Part shown: one piece after another, positions 12,397 through 23,681 of the stretch | Layout of the letters: each line of letters opens with the position of its first letter | Numbering within the stretch: the first letter of the stretch is position 1 | Assembly (NCBI GenBank): GCA_965238075.1 | Contig: OZ250173.1 | Coordinates: 1,696,001-1,760,000, forward strand | Origin: Candidatus Entotheonellaceae bacterium | GTDB taxonomy: Bacteria > Tectomicrobia > Entotheonellia > Entotheonellales > Entotheonellaceae | Direction of reading: 5' to 3' | DNA length: 64,000 nt | Made by a program: the position numbers and the translations under genes | Notes under the pieces: model-generated | Told to the model about the DNA's origin: nothing | The model's input: the letters and a program-made list of their open reading frames with translations, nothing else | Database searches by the model: none

Positions 12397-13683
12397 ATGT
12401 ACGCCGAACTTTTCCAATTTTCCGTCGGCCGCGATGGTTATTACGGGCAGTTTGGCGGAGCATTCATCCCGGAAATCCTGCACGAAACCATTCAGGAATT
12501 GACGGCAGCCTTCAACGACGCCCAGTCCGACCCTGCCTTCTGGGATGCGTATGTTGCCTTGATGTCGAGTTACTCCTGCCGCCCCACGCCGCTGACCCAC
12601 TTGGAAAATTTGAGCAAGGACCTTGGCGGCGCGCAGATTTACGCCAAACGGGAAGATCTGAACCACACCGGTGCGCACAAGGTCAACAACGTGATGGGGC
12701 AGGGATTGTTGGTGCAGCGCATGGGCAAACAACGGGTTATCGCGGAAACGGGGGCCGGCCAGCACGGCGTGGCCACGGCAACCATGGCGGCGCGCATGGG
12801 ATTTGAGTGCACGATTTACATGGGATCGGTGGACGTGGAGCGACAGCGGCCGAATGTGTTCTGGATGGAGCAACTGGGTGCGCGCGTGGTGTCCGTGGAC
12901 GACGGCACCAAAACTCTGAAAGACGCCATTAACGCCACGCTGCGCGATTGGGCCGACTCGATGCACACGACGCACTACGTCATGGGCACGGTATGCGGTC
13001 CGCATCCCTTTCCGCAAATGGTCACCTACTTCCAATCGCTCATTGGCCGGGAGGCCCGTTCGCAGACGTTGGAGCAGACCGGCAAGCTACCGAAAAGGGT
13101 TTATGCGTGTGTCGGCGGCGGATCGAATGCCTCGGGCATCTTTGCCGGCTTTCTGGATGACGCAGAGGTGGAGCTAGTGGGCGTCGAAGCGGGCGGCCTG
13201 GGCTTGGACAGCGGCCAACATGCAGCTCGGCTGGCGCGCAATGTGGGGTCCACTGGGGTCGCGCAGGGTTACAAAACGCGCTTTCTGCAAAATGCCGAAG
13301 GGCAGATGCGGCCAACGCATTCAGTCTCAGCAGGTTTGGATTATGTTGGCGTAGGTCCCGTCTTGGCACACCTGCATGACATCGGCCGCATCCGCGTTGA
13401 AGCCGCCACGGACACCGACGTTCTGGCTACCTTGCAACAGGTGATGCGGCGCGAGGGCATCATTCCCGCCCTGGAGAGCACCCACGCCTTTGTCACCGCG
13501 CTGAAGGAAGCCCCGCATTTGTCATCGCAGGACAGCATTTTGATCAATCAGTCGGGGCGCGGTGACAAGGACATTTTTACGATTGCTGAAGCGCTCGGCG
13601 ACGACCCCTGGCGGGCATTCTTGCGGCAAAAGGTGGGGGAATGGAATGCAGGGACAACCGCAAACGACGGGATGCCGGCATGA
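12397..13683 (+). CDS. trpB: Tryptophan synthase beta subunit
   Basis: KREDLNHTGAHK, ETGAGQHG, GGGSNA, SAGLDY. Confidence 0.97.
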   Translation: MYAELFQFSVGRDGYYGQFGGAFIPEILHETIQELTAAFNDAQSDPAFWDAYVALMSSYSCRPTPLTHLENLSKDLGGAQIYAKREDLNHTGAHKVNNVMGQGLLVQRMGKQRVIAETGAGQHGVATATMAARMGFECTIYMGSVDVERQRPNVFWMEQLGARVVSVDDGTKTLKDAINATLRDWADSMHTTHYVMGTVCGPHPFPQMVTYFQSLIGREARSQTLEQTGKLPKRVYACVGGGSNASGIFAGFLDDAEVELVGVEAGGLGLDSGQHAARLARNVGSTGVAQGYKTRFLQNAEGQMRPTHSVSAGLDYVGVGPVLAHLHDIGRIRVEAATDTDVLATLQQVMRREGIIPALESTHAFVTALKEAPHLSSQDSILINQSGRGDKDIFTIAEALGDDPWRAFLRQKVGEWNAGTTANDGMPA

Positions 13684-14486
13684 CACGCTTGGAAGACTAT
13701 ATTCGCCAGCGTTTGCAGCGGAAACGACTCCTGGTGATGACCCATGCCATCGTCGGATACCCTTCCTTCGAGGCCAACATGACCATGCTGGAAGCCATGC
13801 AGCGGGCGGATGTCGATCTCGTGGAACTCCAACTCCCCTTCAGTGAGCCAATCGCCGACGGTCCGGTGTTCGTGCGCGCCAACCAGTGCGCGCTCGAAGC
13901 CGGCGTCGCCTGGGAAAACTACTTCGCGTTCATGCAGCGGGCCACCACCGCGTTTGACTTCAAAGTCCTGATGATGGGTTATTACAATAGCATTCTTCAG
14001 ATGGGCCATGAACAGTTTTGCGCTTGTCTGGCGGAGCACGGCGGTGGCGGGTTCATCGTGGCCGACCTGCCCCCGGAAGAGGCTGACGACCTGCATCAAT
14101 ACGCTGCCGCCTACCAGCAATCGCCCATTGTCATGATGACGCCGGTCAACTCCGAGCCGCGACTTCGGGAGATTGCCTCCAAAGCCAGCGGCTTCGTGTA
14201 TTGTGTCGCACGTCGGGGTGTTACCGGCCGCCATACGCAGGTCGATGAGGGTCTGGAAGCCTTCATCGCGCGTTGTCGTTCAGCTACATCTTTGCCGTTG
14301 GCGCTTGGCTTTGGCCTCCGCACACACCAGGATTTGCAGCGCGTCAAAGGGCTCGTTGACATCGGCATCATTGGCACCGCATTGTTGACGGCCTGGGAGC
14401 AAGGCGGGGCCGAACGTTACGGTGCCCTGTTGCAAGAGTTGACGTCGGCGGTGACGCGACCGGATGGGACGCCTCCCCGAACATAG
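13680..14486 (+). CDS. trpA: Tryptophan synthase alpha subunit
   Basis: PFSEPIADGP, GFVY..RGVTG; ATGA overlap with trpB. Confidence 0.95.
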   Translation: MTRLEDYIRQRLQRKRLLVMTHAIVGYPSFEANMTMLEAMQRADVDLVELQLPFSEPIADGPVFVRANQCALEAGVAWENYFAFMQRATTAFDFKVLMMGYYNSILQMGHEQFCACLAEHGGGGFIVADLPPEEADDLHQYAAAYQQSPIVMMTPVNSEPRLREIASKASGFVYCVARRGVTGRHTQVDEGLEAFIARCRSATSLPLALGFGLRTHQDLQRVKGLVDIGIIGTALLTAWEQGGAERYGALLQELTSAVTRPDGTPPRT

Positions 14487-14566
14487 CCCTGTTATCAGGT
14501 CCTGAACATGACAAGGTTCACCAGTCTGCAAGCATATAATGTCATTTGGCCAAGGAGGACAAAAAT

Positions 14567-14785
14567 ATGGCTATCGTTCTGATGGAAGAAGTGCTCATGG
14601 GGTTGGAAGATGCCAAGGATTCGTTGGAACAGGCCGTTCTCACGCTGGAAGGCATGACCGAAGACATGCATCCTGACATGGCGGATTTGAGGGAGGTCAT
14701 TGAGCAGACGCTATTGCTGCCCCTGCAGTCTCGCGCCGCCGTGTTGGAGACCTTGCTGGAGGAGGTCGCCGATACCATTCCATGA
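14567..14785 (+). CDS. Small acidic helical hypothetical protein
   Basis: Strong AAGGAGG RBS; 72-aa amphipathic ORF. Confidence 0.65.
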   Translation: MAIVLMEEVLMGLEDAKDSLEQAVLTLEGMTEDMHPDMADLREVIEQTLLLPLQSRAAVLETLLEEVADTIP

Positions 14786-14795
14786 ATGGCCGGGT

Positions 14796-15710
14796 TCAAT
14801 CCGTATGATATCGGGGCACGACGAGCTTGGCCAACCGAGCCAGCTGATTGTAGAACGCCGCGCCGGAAACCATCGGGCGCAGGACGAATTTGCTGACACC
14901 CACTTCCACATATTCGTCGATTCGGCGCAGAATGGCATCCGGTTTACGCCAAGCGGCATAGGATTCGAACGGCGTGTTCGGGTCGATACGCTTCATCAAC
15001 GTCTGGATCTCAGCGCTTAGGTCCCCATCTCCGAAGTGAAACGGAACGATCGTTCCGTAATGATCCTCCGGCACCTCCCGTCCATACGCCTCAGCCGCGC
15101 TGCGGATTGCGCCCACGGCCTTCCCTGCCTCAGAAGGCGGTTGGTACGATCCCAAGAAGCCGTCCCCCAAACGGGCCACCCGCTTATAAGCCGCTTGGGA
15201 GCGACCCCCGAACCAGACCGGCAAGGGTTGCTGACAAGGCTTGGGCTGAATCGTCAACTCGTGGGTGCTGTAGAATTCGCCCGCATGCGAAACCGCCTCC
15301 TCGCTCCACAAACGGCGCATCAGCGGCACGGCCTCGTCGGTCATAGCGCCCCGGCGCTGCGGCGTCCTGCCCACCGCCAGCCACTCTGCTTCCTGGGCTA
15401 CCCCCAGCCCGAAAGCCGGCAGCATGCGGCCGTTGCTAAGGAAGTCGATGGTGGCGATTTCCTTGGCCAGGATCAGCGGGTCGCGCACCGGCAGCACCGC
15501 CACACTCATGCCGAATTTGATGCGCTGCGTTCGTCCTGCAATCATAGCCAATGCCGTGATGGGTTCGAGCGCCGGAGCAGGGTTGCGGATGCGATCATTC
15601 AGCCAGATTGAATCCAGCCCGCTTTCTTCCACGAGATCCACCATATCCCAGAAATCGTCGACGCACTCGAATGGCCAGCCGGAAAATCCAACCCCGATCC
15701 GTATTTTCAT
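14796..15710 (-). CDS. LLM-class flavin-dependent oxidoreductase
   Basis: ATIDFLSNGR, PKPCQQPLPVWFGG luciferase-like motifs. Confidence 0.9.
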   Translation of the reverse strand: MKIRIGVGFSGWPFECVDDFWDMVDLVEESGLDSIWLNDRIRNPAPALEPITALAMIAGRTQRIKFGMSVAVLPVRDPLILAKEIATIDFLSNGRMLPAFGLGVAQEAEWLAVGRTPQRRGAMTDEAVPLMRRLWSEEAVSHAGEFYSTHELTIQPKPCQQPLPVWFGGRSQAAYKRVARLGDGFLGSYQPPSEAGKAVGAIRSAAEAYGREVPEDHYGTIVPFHFGDGDLSAEIQTLMKRIDPNTPFESYAAWRKPDAILRRIDEYVEVGVSKFVLRPMVSGAAFYNQLARLAKLVVPRYHTD

Positions 15711-15744
15711 GCCCACCCTTCTCCCCGCCTGACAGTTGAAGCCA

Positions 15745-17562
15745 TCACGCCGTCGTCGTACAGGCGTCCCGCAGCCAAGCGCGGTGTTCCGGCACCAGCA
15801 GCGGTTCCATCGTTTGTAGGACACGCTCATGATACTCGTCGAGCCAAGCGGCCTCGGCGGCAGAAAGCTGTTCCCGGTCGATCAGGCGCTGATCGAAGGG
15901 GATCAGCGTCAGCGGCTCGAATCGCAGCCAGCCCTTGCCGGACGGATGCGGCGGCATGTCGTCATCGGGTACCACAACGTACAGGTTTTCCAGGCGGATG
16001 CCGCCCCAACCCTCCTCGTAATAGCCGGGTTCGTTCGAGACCACCATGCCGCGCTTCAGCGGCTCGCCGCTGCCGTGCGGCGACAGGCGCTGCGGACCCT
16101 CATGGACATTGAGAAACGCGCCCACGCCGTGCCCGGTGCCGTGTCCGTAATCCAGACCGGCATTCCACATCAGGGAGCGCGCCACCGCGTCTAGCGCCTC
16201 ACCGCTGGTGCCCTCGGGAAATTTCTGCCGCGCCAACTGGATATGGCAGCGCAGCACGAGAGTATACAGTCGGCGCTGGCGGTCCGTGCACGAGCCGACA
16301 ACGACGGTGCGCGTGTCGTCCGTCGTCCCTCCCATGACTTGCGCCCCGGAATCCACCAGAAACAGGTCTCCGTCGGTGAGCAAAACGTCATCACTGGCTT
16401 GGCTATAGTGCACAATCGCGCCGTTCGCCCCGGCCGCGGCGATGGTGGTGAAGCTCAAGTCACTAAACCCCTCCTCGCTGGAATACTCCTCATGCAGCAT
16501 TTCCGAGTACGCCCGTTCGCTCACACCCTGGCCCGCGTCAAGAAGTTGCTCAAGGCGAGCCAGGCTGCGAATCTTCGCCGCCGCGGCGTGCAGATGCGCT
16601 CGCTGCATGCTGGCGACCTCGGCGTCGTTCTTCTCCGCCTTCATCGCCACCACGGGGTTGCGGTGCTCACGAATGCAGGCCGTCTCCGGCAGCAGCAAGC
16701 GCGTGCCCATCGTCGTGCCGTCGGGGTCGAGCCACACCGCCTGCCCGGCGGGTATCTCCAACTGCCGCACCGCCTGGGGGTATGCCTCATAAGCCTGGAA
16801 AACGATGTCGGGTGCGACCTCCTGACGAAGAGTCGCGGAGGGCGTAGCGTGGGTGAAGCAGATGGCGCGCTCGCTCTCGACGATCAAGTAGGACTCGAAC
16901 ACCGGATTGTAGTCGATGTCACTACCCCGCAGATTGGTTATCCAGGCGATCTCGTCCAGCTTTGTGACGATCAGCGCCCCGGCTCCGGCCTCGGTCATCT
17001 TCTGGCGAATGGCCGCCAGCTTGTCGCCGACCGATCGGCCCGTCACCTCATCAGGCAGAGCATAGATCGGCTGCGCCGGCGCCGCCGGGCGGTCGTCCCA
17101 CACCTCGTCAATCAGATTGATGTCGATCGGCACCAAGGCCGAGCCGGACGCCGACAGGGCCGCTGCGTAGGACGCATGGGACGCCATGGCGTGCAGAAAC
17201 GGATCGAAGCCGACCCGCAATGTCCCGTGCTGCTTTTCCATTTCGGCGAGCCAGCCCTTCAGGGTATATGCGTCGGCCAACCCAACCTTGTGAACACGAA
17301 ACTGACCGGGATCGACTTCCTGTTCAGCCTGCAGGTGGTAGCGCGAGTCCACGAACAGGTGGTTCCCGTAAGGCGACAGCAGCACGTCGCCCGCCGACCC
17401 GGTAAAACCGCTGATGGCGGCGCGGCGGCACTGGTAGGTTGGCACGTATTCGTTCAGGTGGGCGTCGGAAGAGGGAACCAGATAGGCGTCGACCTGATAC
17501 TCGGTCAGCCGCTGTTGAACCCGCTCAAGCCGTTGGACGAGACGATCGGAGGCATCGGACAT
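15745..17562 (-). CDS. Xaa-Pro aminopeptidase (aminopeptidase P, M24)
   Basis: DSGAQ..GTTD, HGTGHGVG, VHEGP, SNEPGYY, GIRLEN. Confidence 0.95.
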   Translation of the reverse strand: MSDASDRLVQRLERVQQRLTEYQVDAYLVPSSDAHLNEYVPTYQCRRAAISGFTGSAGDVLLSPYGNHLFVDSRYHLQAEQEVDPGQFRVHKVGLADAYTLKGWLAEMEKQHGTLRVGFDPFLHAMASHASYAAALSASGSALVPIDINLIDEVWDDRPAAPAQPIYALPDEVTGRSVGDKLAAIRQKMTEAGAGALIVTKLDEIAWITNLRGSDIDYNPVFESYLIVESERAICFTHATPSATLRQEVAPDIVFQAYEAYPQAVRQLEIPAGQAVWLDPDGTTMGTRLLLPETACIREHRNPVVAMKAEKNDAEVASMQRAHLHAAAAKIRSLARLEQLLDAGQGVSERAYSEMLHEEYSSEEGFSDLSFTTIAAAGANGAIVHYSQASDDVLLTDGDLFLVDSGAQVMGGTTDDTRTVVVGSCTDRQRRLYTLVLRCHIQLARQKFPEGTSGEALDAVARSLMWNAGLDYGHGTGHGVGAFLNVHEGPQRLSPHGSGEPLKRGMVVSNEPGYYEEGWGGIRLENLYVVVPDDDMPPHPSGKGWLRFEPLTLIPFDQRLIDREQLSAAEAAWLDEYHERVLQTMEPLLVPEHRAWLRDACTTTA

Positions 17563-17886
17563 GATCGCACCTGCTCCTTATGGGTTGCTGCACACATGGG
17601 CTCTACGAGAATATGCCAGAATGACTCGTTACACGCTGCATGTCATGGAATCGAATGGTTGCCAATTCTACAGGGCTCTGCTCCCGGTTGCACCGGCAAA
17701 GCATCGCACCGTGTCTGCTGGCGCGGAATTGACCGGTACGCCGCGATGCAGTATAAACGGCGCACAGTAAACGGAATCCCTTCAGCCGATCCCGCCGGCA
17801 CGGTCTCCGGCAAGCGTTCCGATACGACATCTTTCCCTATTCTTTAGAGTATGCCTATGGCGTGCGGCGCAACAGGAGGCGTCACC

Positions 17887-18711
17887 ATGACCCGCTCGGA
17901 GGCACCCGAAACACTGGAAGGCTGGTACATCCAGCACGACATGTACACGGTAAAGTGGCCCGAGTGGCGCGCCATGGCACCAGCGGAGCGTGACGCCGTC
18001 ATCGCCGAAAGCGCCGACTGGCTGGCGACGCAGGCCACCCCGGAGCAGGGCATGAGCGCCTTCTTCAGCGTCCTGGGCCACAAGGCGGACATCCTGGCGG
18101 TGCATTTCCGGCCCACGCTGGAAGCCCTCAACGGCGTTGAGCTCGGGCTGCGCCAGACCGCGCTGTTCCCGTATCTGCAGCCCGCCTACAGCTATCTATC
18201 CGTCGTCGAACTAGGCTTGTACGAGGTGCTGGGAGTCGTCAACCGGAAGCTCGCCGCCGAGGGTCTGGAACCCGGCGTCGAGGGCTTCGAGGCCGCCCGC
18301 GAACGCGAGTTGGCGGCCCAGAAGGAGGCGCTGCGTCCCCGCCTGTATCCCGCCGTTCCGGCTGGCCGCTACGTGTGCTTCTATCCCATGGACAAGAAAC
18401 GCGGCGAGACCTACAACTGGTACGCCCTTCCGATGGAAGAGCGCCGGCAGTTGATGCGCGGCCACGGCATGGTGGGGCGCAAGTACGCCGGCAAGGTCAC
18501 GCAGATCATCAGCGGCTCGGTGGGGTTCGACGACTGGGAATGGGGCGTGACGCTGTTCGCCGACGACCCGCTGGTGTTCAAAAAGCTGATCTACGAGATG
18601 CGCTTCGACCCTGCCAGTTCACACTACGCCCTGTTCGGCGGCTTCTACGTCGGCATCCGCTTCGAGCCGTCCGAAATCGGGGCGCTGCTGTCCGGCAAGC
18701 CGCCGGCATAA
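17887..18711 (+). CDS. hemQ: Coproheme decarboxylase / chlorite dismutase family heme protein
   Basis: TLEGW..HD, SVVEL, CFYPMDKKR, WY.LP.EER, GSVGFDDWEWGVTLF. Confidence 0.85.
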   Translation: MTRSEAPETLEGWYIQHDMYTVKWPEWRAMAPAERDAVIAESADWLATQATPEQGMSAFFSVLGHKADILAVHFRPTLEALNGVELGLRQTALFPYLQPAYSYLSVVELGLYEVLGVVNRKLAAEGLEPGVEGFEAARERELAAQKEALRPRLYPAVPAGRYVCFYPMDKKRGETYNWYALPMEERRQLMRGHGMVGRKYAGKVTQIISGSVGFDDWEWGVTLFADDPLVFKKLIYEMRFDPASSHYALFGGFYVGIRFEPSEIGALLSGKPPA

Positions 18712-18721
18712 AGGAGACGCG

Positions 18722-19666
18722 ATGACGGCTTACATCCCGCGCGGCGTGATTCCCGCCAACCTGCTGCCATTCACGCCGGATTGGAAAATCGATGCCCCGG
18801 CGTATCGCCAACACCTGCGCGACCTGGCCGCGGTGGAGGGCATCACGGCAATCACCACCAACGGCCACGCTGCCGAGGTGCACGCGCTGTCGGCGGACGA
18901 GCAGCGAGAGGTGCTGGACATTACCCTGGACGAATTGGGCGACAAGTTGCCCATTATCTCCGGCATCTATGCGGACGACTCTCTGCAAGGCGCCCGTTTG
19001 GCCCGCTTGGCCCAAAGCGCGGGAGCCTGGTGCTTGCTGATTTTCCCGCCGCAGCCCTTCATCATGGGCGCCCAACGTCGCCCCGAAATGGTCCTGAAAC
19101 ATTTCGCCACCATTGCTTCCGCAACCGATTTGCCGCTCATCGCCTTCAATTACCCGCTGGCCGGCGGTCAAGGCTATACGACGGACACCCTCGTCCGCCT
19201 CGCCGAAACGGTGCCTTCTGTCGTCGCCATGAAGGACTGGTGCAACGACGGGTTACAACACACCAACAATATCAACGCCCTGCACAACCTCGGGCGCCCC
19301 TTCTCGGTACTCAGCACGCACAGCGCCTGGCTGCTCTCCTCGCTGGTATTGGGCTGCGATGGTCTGTTGTCCGGCATGGGCAGCGTTGTGGCCGATCTGC
19401 AAGTGGCGCTTTGGCAGGCGGTGCAGCGTTGCGATCTGGCCGAGAGCCAGCGCCTGCACGAGCTTCTGTGCCCCTTGGTGCAGGTTTTCTATGCTGCCCC
19501 AGCCGTGGACATGCACAACCGCATGAAGGAAGCCCTGGTTCTCTTGGGAAGACAACCGCGCGCGGTCGTGCGCCCGCCTCTGATTCCAATCACCCCGGCT
19601 GAGCGAGAAGAACTGCGCCGCGCGCTGGTTGAAGCACAGCTTTTGACGCTTTCCGCGGCGGACTGA
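18722..19666 (+). CDS. Dihydrodipicolinate synthase family aldolase
   Basis: DapA-like TIM-barrel motifs, Schiff-base K in VAMKD, VRPPL. Confidence 0.85.
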   Translation: MTAYIPRGVIPANLLPFTPDWKIDAPAYRQHLRDLAAVEGITAITTNGHAAEVHALSADEQREVLDITLDELGDKLPIISGIYADDSLQGARLARLAQSAGAWCLLIFPPQPFIMGAQRRPEMVLKHFATIASATDLPLIAFNYPLAGGQGYTTDTLVRLAETVPSVVAMKDWCNDGLQHTNNINALHNLGRPFSVLSTHSAWLLSSLVLGCDGLLSGMGSVVADLQVALWQAVQRCDLAESQRLHELLCPLVQVFYAAPAVDMHNRMKEALVLLGRQPRAVVRPPLIPITPAEREELRRALVEAQLLTLSAAD

Positions 19667-19679
19667 CGACGTGGATACC

Positions 19680-20252
19680 ATGCAAAGCAAAATAGCCGAC
19701 ATCCTGCAGGACGCCATCCGCACCAAACAGCGGCTGGCCGGCCATGCCGAAAACATCGAACGGTCCGTGCGCCTGCTCATCGACGCGCTTGCCAAGGGCC
19801 ACAAGGTCCTGGTCTGCGGCAATGGCGGTTCCGCCGCCGACGCCCAGCACATGGCCGGCGAGCTGGTCGGCCGGTTCCAAAAGGACCGGCGCGGCCTGCC
19901 GTGCGTGGCGCTGACGACCGACACCTCCATCCTGACCGCGTGCGCCAACGATTTCGGCTATGAAGAGGTGTTCGCCAGACAGGTAGAGGCCATCGGCGCT
20001 GCCGATGATGTTCTCGTCGGCATCTCGACGTCGGGCAACTCGGCGAACGTCATCAAGGCTTTCGAGGCCGCCGCGAGTGCAGGCATGAAGCGGGTGGCCC
20101 TGACGGGGAACGACGGCGGCCACATTGGAAAGATGGATGGTGTCCTGAGTATTGTTGTGCCGTCGTGTTCGACACAGCGCATCCAGGAGGGTCACATCAC
20201 CATCATTCACATCTTGTGCGAGCTGGTGGAAGACGCCCTGTTCGGAGACTGA
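19680..20252 (+). CDS. gmhA: Phosphoheptose isomerase
   Basis: CGNGGSAADAQH, ISTSGNS, RIQEGH. Confidence 0.95.
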   Translation: MQSKIADILQDAIRTKQRLAGHAENIERSVRLLIDALAKGHKVLVCGNGGSAADAQHMAGELVGRFQKDRRGLPCVALTTDTSILTACANDFGYEEVFARQVEAIGAADDVLVGISTSGNSANVIKAFEAAASAGMKRVALTGNDGGHIGKMDGVLSIVVPSCSTQRIQEGHITIIHILCELVEDALFGD

Positions 20253-20267
20253 CACCCTATACCCCCC

Positions 20268-21728
20268 ATGAACACACTGCCGCACAAATCCTGGCCTCGA
20301 AATCCGATAGCGGTCCTCGTTATCGGCGACGTCATGTGCGACACGTACCTGTCGGGACACGTCTCCCGCATCTCCCCCGAGGCCCCGGTACCTGTCTTCG
20401 AAAGCACCGAAAAACGGCACGTCCTGGGCGGCGCTGCCAACGTGGCGGCCAACCTTCGCGCGCTGGGTTGTGAGGTGCGCCTGGTGGGAGCGGTTGGCGA
20501 CGACATCACAGGGCGGTACGTACGGGAACAGGTACGGGCGCAAGGCATTAACGATGACTTGCTGGTGCAGGATGCCGGGCGCCCGACTACCGAGAAGACT
20601 CGCCTCATCGCCCGGCACCAGCAGTTGGTGCGCTTGGATCAGGAAAGCCGCCTTCCTCTGCCGGCTGAGCTGATTGCTCAAACGTTGGCCGGGGCCGAAT
20701 CCATCCTGGCTAAAGTGGATGGTCTCATCTGTTCCGATTACAACAAAGGCGTCTGCGTGCCCGACCTGCTTGTACCCCTCTTTGCCAAGGCAAAGGCCGC
20801 TAACCTACCCATTTTCGTCGATCCCAAGGCGCGGGACTTCACCCACTACCGAGGCGCCACCGTGCTGACCCCTAACCTAGCCGAGGTCAGGCACGCGACG
20901 GGTGACCCTCTAGAGGACGAGATGTCCCTGACCGCTGCCGCCGAATCGTTGTTGCGACAAAGCGAGGCGCAGGCCCTTCTGGTGACGCGCGGCGAAGCGG
21001 GCATGAGCCTGTTTCATCCCCCGGAAGCCCCGCAGCATTTGCCCGCACACACCCGCGACGTTTACGACGTGACCGGAGCCGGCGACACCGTAATCGCCGC
21101 CTTTGCGGCAGCGGCCATCGGCGGCCTGCCATACGCCGAGGCTGCGCGGCTGGCCAACGTGGCGGCGGGCATCGTCGTCGGCAAGACGGGCACGGCAGTT
21201 GTGTACCCGGAAGAATTGGAGGCCCATATACGGGCGCGCAACGCCCCTTGGCGGAGCAAATTGTGCACCTGCGACGAGCTGTCGAGGGCGCTTCAGCAGC
21301 ACCGGCAGCGAGGCGAGCGAATCGTCTTCACGAATGGCTGCTTCGATCTGCTACATGGCGGGCACATTCATTACCTCCAGCAAGCGCGGGCGCTTGGCGA
21401 CTGCCTGGTCGTGGCGCTGAACGACGACGAGTCGGTCCGCAGGCTGAAGGGCGAAAAACGGCCGCTGCGCCCGCAGGACGAACGGGCGCGCATGCTCGCC
21501 GCTCTCGCCTGTGTGGACTACGTGGTTCTTTTCGGCGAAGCCACCCCGTTGGCGTTGATTAAATCCCTCAGGCCGGATGTGCTCGTCAAGGGCGGCGACT
21601 ACGCGCTTGAGATGGTGGTGGGAAGAGAAGAAGTGGAGGCATACGGCGGCTCGGTGCACCTCGTACCCTACGTAGAGGGCGCTTCAACGACTGAACTCAT
21701 CAACGGGTTGCTGCAGCGCTATCGTTAA
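20268..21728 (+). CDS. hldE: Bifunctional heptose kinase/adenylyltransferase
   Basis: [33 protein letters not shown]. Confidence 0.96.
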   Translation: MNTLPHKSWPRNPIAVLVIGDVMCDTYLSGHVSRISPEAPVPVFESTEKRHVLGGAANVAANLRALGCEVRLVGAVGDDITGRYVREQVRAQGINDDLLVQDAGRPTTEKTRLIARHQQLVRLDQESRLPLPAELIAQTLAGAESILAKVDGLICSDYNKGVCVPDLLVPLFAKAKAANLPIFVDPKARDFTHYRGATVLTPNLAEVRHATGDPLEDEMSLTAAAESLLRQSEAQALLVTRGEAGMSLFHPPEAPQHLPAHTRDVYDVTGAGDTVIAAFAAAAIGGLPYAEAARLANVAAGIVVGKTGTAVVYPEELEAHIRARNAPWRSKLCTCDELSRALQQHRQRGERIVFTNGCFDLLHGGHIHYLQQARALGDCLVVALNDDESVRRLKGEKRPLRPQDERARMLAALACVDYVVLFGEATPLALIKSLRPDVLVKGGDYALEMVVGREEVEAYGGSVHLVPYVEGASTTELINGLLQRYR

Positions 21729-21793
21729 GGCGCATTTGCCGCCTCTGGGGATACCGAGATTCGGCCCCAGCACATTTGAACAGGAGTCATGCC

Positions 21794-22636
21794 ATGATCA
21801 GGAGCAACATTACCGATACTCTGCAGGTTGGCGACGAGTGTAAGCTCGCGCTGATCGGCGGCCCGTGCGTGATCGAGTCCGAGGATTTCACGCTCCGGAT
21901 GGCCGATGGCATCCGCGAGATCTGCGATCGTCTGGGCATCCCGATGATCTTCAAGTCCTCTTTCGACAAGGCCAACCGGACGTCCATCGATGCCTTCCGG
22001 GGCCACCCGATGGATGTCGGCCTCAAGATTCTGCAGCGCGTCAAGGACGAGGTCGGGGTGCCGGTGTTGACGGACGTGCACGAAAGCGCCCAGGCGGCGA
22101 CTGTGGCGGAGGTCGTGGACGTGCTGCAAATCCCGGCCTTTCTCTGCCGACAGACCGATTTGCTGCTGGCCGCCGCTGCTACGGGGCGGACCGTCAACGT
22201 GAAGAAAGGCCAGTTTCTCGCCCCGTGGGACATGCGGCACGTGGTGGGCAAGCTGGAATCCGGCGGCGCGCGGGACATTCTCCTGACCGAGCGCGGCACC
22301 TGCTTTGGCTACAATGCCCTGGTGGTCGATTTTCGCGGCCTACCGCAAATGCGCGAGCTTGGCTACCCTGTCGTTTTCGACGCCACGCACAGCGTGCAGA
22401 TGCCGGGAGGACAGGGGAGCCGGTCGGGCGGCCAGCGGCAGTTCGTGCCCCATTTGGCGCGCGCCGCCGCGGCGCTCGGCATTGATGTGCTGTTCATGGA
22501 AATCCACGAAGACCCCGATAACGCCCCGAGCGACGGACCGAACATGGTTCCGCTGCACCAGCTCGAAGGGCTCCTGCGACAAGTGCTGCAGATACGCGAA
22601 GCCCTGCAGGCGTCGCCGCCGGTCGTCTTGCAATAA
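21794..22636 (+). CDS. kdsA: KDO8P synthase
   Basis: [29 protein letters not shown]. Confidence 0.97.
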   Translation: MIRSNITDTLQVGDECKLALIGGPCVIESEDFTLRMADGIREICDRLGIPMIFKSSFDKANRTSIDAFRGHPMDVGLKILQRVKDEVGVPVLTDVHESAQAATVAEVVDVLQIPAFLCRQTDLLLAAAATGRTVNVKKGQFLAPWDMRHVVGKLESGGARDILLTERGTCFGYNALVVDFRGLPQMRELGYPVVFDATHSVQMPGGQGSRSGGQRQFVPHLARAAAALGIDVLFMEIHEDPDNAPSDGPNMVPLHQLEGLLRQVLQIREALQASPPVVLQ

Positions 22637-22699
22637 CGCCAACGAGTCCCATTGGGAAACCCGGGAGGCCACGTGAAAGCCGATCGGATACGCGACAAC

Positions 22700-23671
22700 A
22701 TGACGGCCAGCTTCCTCAACGTGCTGCGTCACGAGCAGGAGGCCTTGGCGCGTGTCGTGCATCGTTTCAGCAGCGATGACGGAACCATTGCCGAGGCGTG
22801 TGAGACCCTGCTGCACGACGAGGAACGGTGCGGCCGCAACCGCATCATCGTGAGTGGCGTGGGCAAGGCCGGCATCGTGGCCATGAAGGTCGCCTCAACC
22901 CTGTCGTCCACCGGCAGCGCCGCCGTCTTCATGCACCCCGTCGAAGCCCTGCACGGCGACCTGGGATTTGTGGGCGAACACGACTGCGCCCTGCTGTTCT
23001 CGTATTCCGGTGAGAGCGTCGAGGTGATTCGCCTGGCGAGGGAGTTACGGCGCATCAACTGCGCCGTGGTGGTGATCACCAGCCGCCGCGCCAGCACCCT
23101 GGGGCGGATGGCGGCAGTTTGCGTCGAAACGGGTGAGGTTCGGGAGGCGTGCTATCTCGGCTTGGCACCGTCATCAAGCACGACGGTGATGCTCGCCATC
23201 GGCGACGCACTGGCCCTGGCGATGGCCGAGGCGCAAGGGTTTGGCGAGGCGGACTTCGGGCTGAACCACCCGGCCGGCAGCCTCGGACAGCGGTTTCGCT
23301 ATGTGCAGGACTTCATGCGGACCGGCGACAAGATCGTGTGCGTCGAACCGACTGCACAACTCAAGCACGTGATTCAATTGATCAGCGACGCCAAAACCGG
23401 CTCGGCCACCCTGATCGACCCCGATGGCGCCCTGGTAGGCATTTTCACCGACGGCGACCTGCGTCGGGCGCTCCTGCAAGGCAGCGCCGTGCTGGAGGAC
23501 GCGACCGAACAGTTTGCCAGCATCCCCTGCCATTTCGTCCTGTACGATACCTCGATCGCCGACGCCCTCAAGCTCTTCCAGAACACGCAGACCGAGGACC
23601 TGCCGGTGCTCGACCCGGAAACGCGACGGGTTCTGGGAACCTTGTGCCTCAAGGACATTACGGCCTTCTGA
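22700..23671 (+). CDS. kdsD: Arabinose-5-phosphate isomerase (SIS+CBS)
   Basis: GVGKAG, HP.EA.HGDLG, HPAGSLG, FTDGDLRR. Confidence 0.92.
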   Translation: MTASFLNVLRHEQEALARVVHRFSSDDGTIAEACETLLHDEERCGRNRIIVSGVGKAGIVAMKVASTLSSTGSAAVFMHPVEALHGDLGFVGEHDCALLFSYSGESVEVIRLARELRRINCAVVVITSRRASTLGRMAAVCVETGEVREACYLGLAPSSSTTVMLAIGDALALAMAEAQGFGEADFGLNHPAGSLGQRFRYVQDFMRTGDKIVCVEPTAQLKHVIQLISDAKTGSATLIDPDGALVGIFTDGDLRRALLQGSAVLEDATEQFASIPCHFVLYDTSIADALKLFQNTQTEDLPVLDPETRRVLGTLCLKDITAF

Positions 23672-23681
23672 ACCCCGCCCC

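Noticed and set aside
16243-17847. 534-aa plus-strand ORF, and similar long antisense ORFs over carB, tig, pyrB and sucC
   Set aside because: High-GC shadow frames opposite well-supported genes
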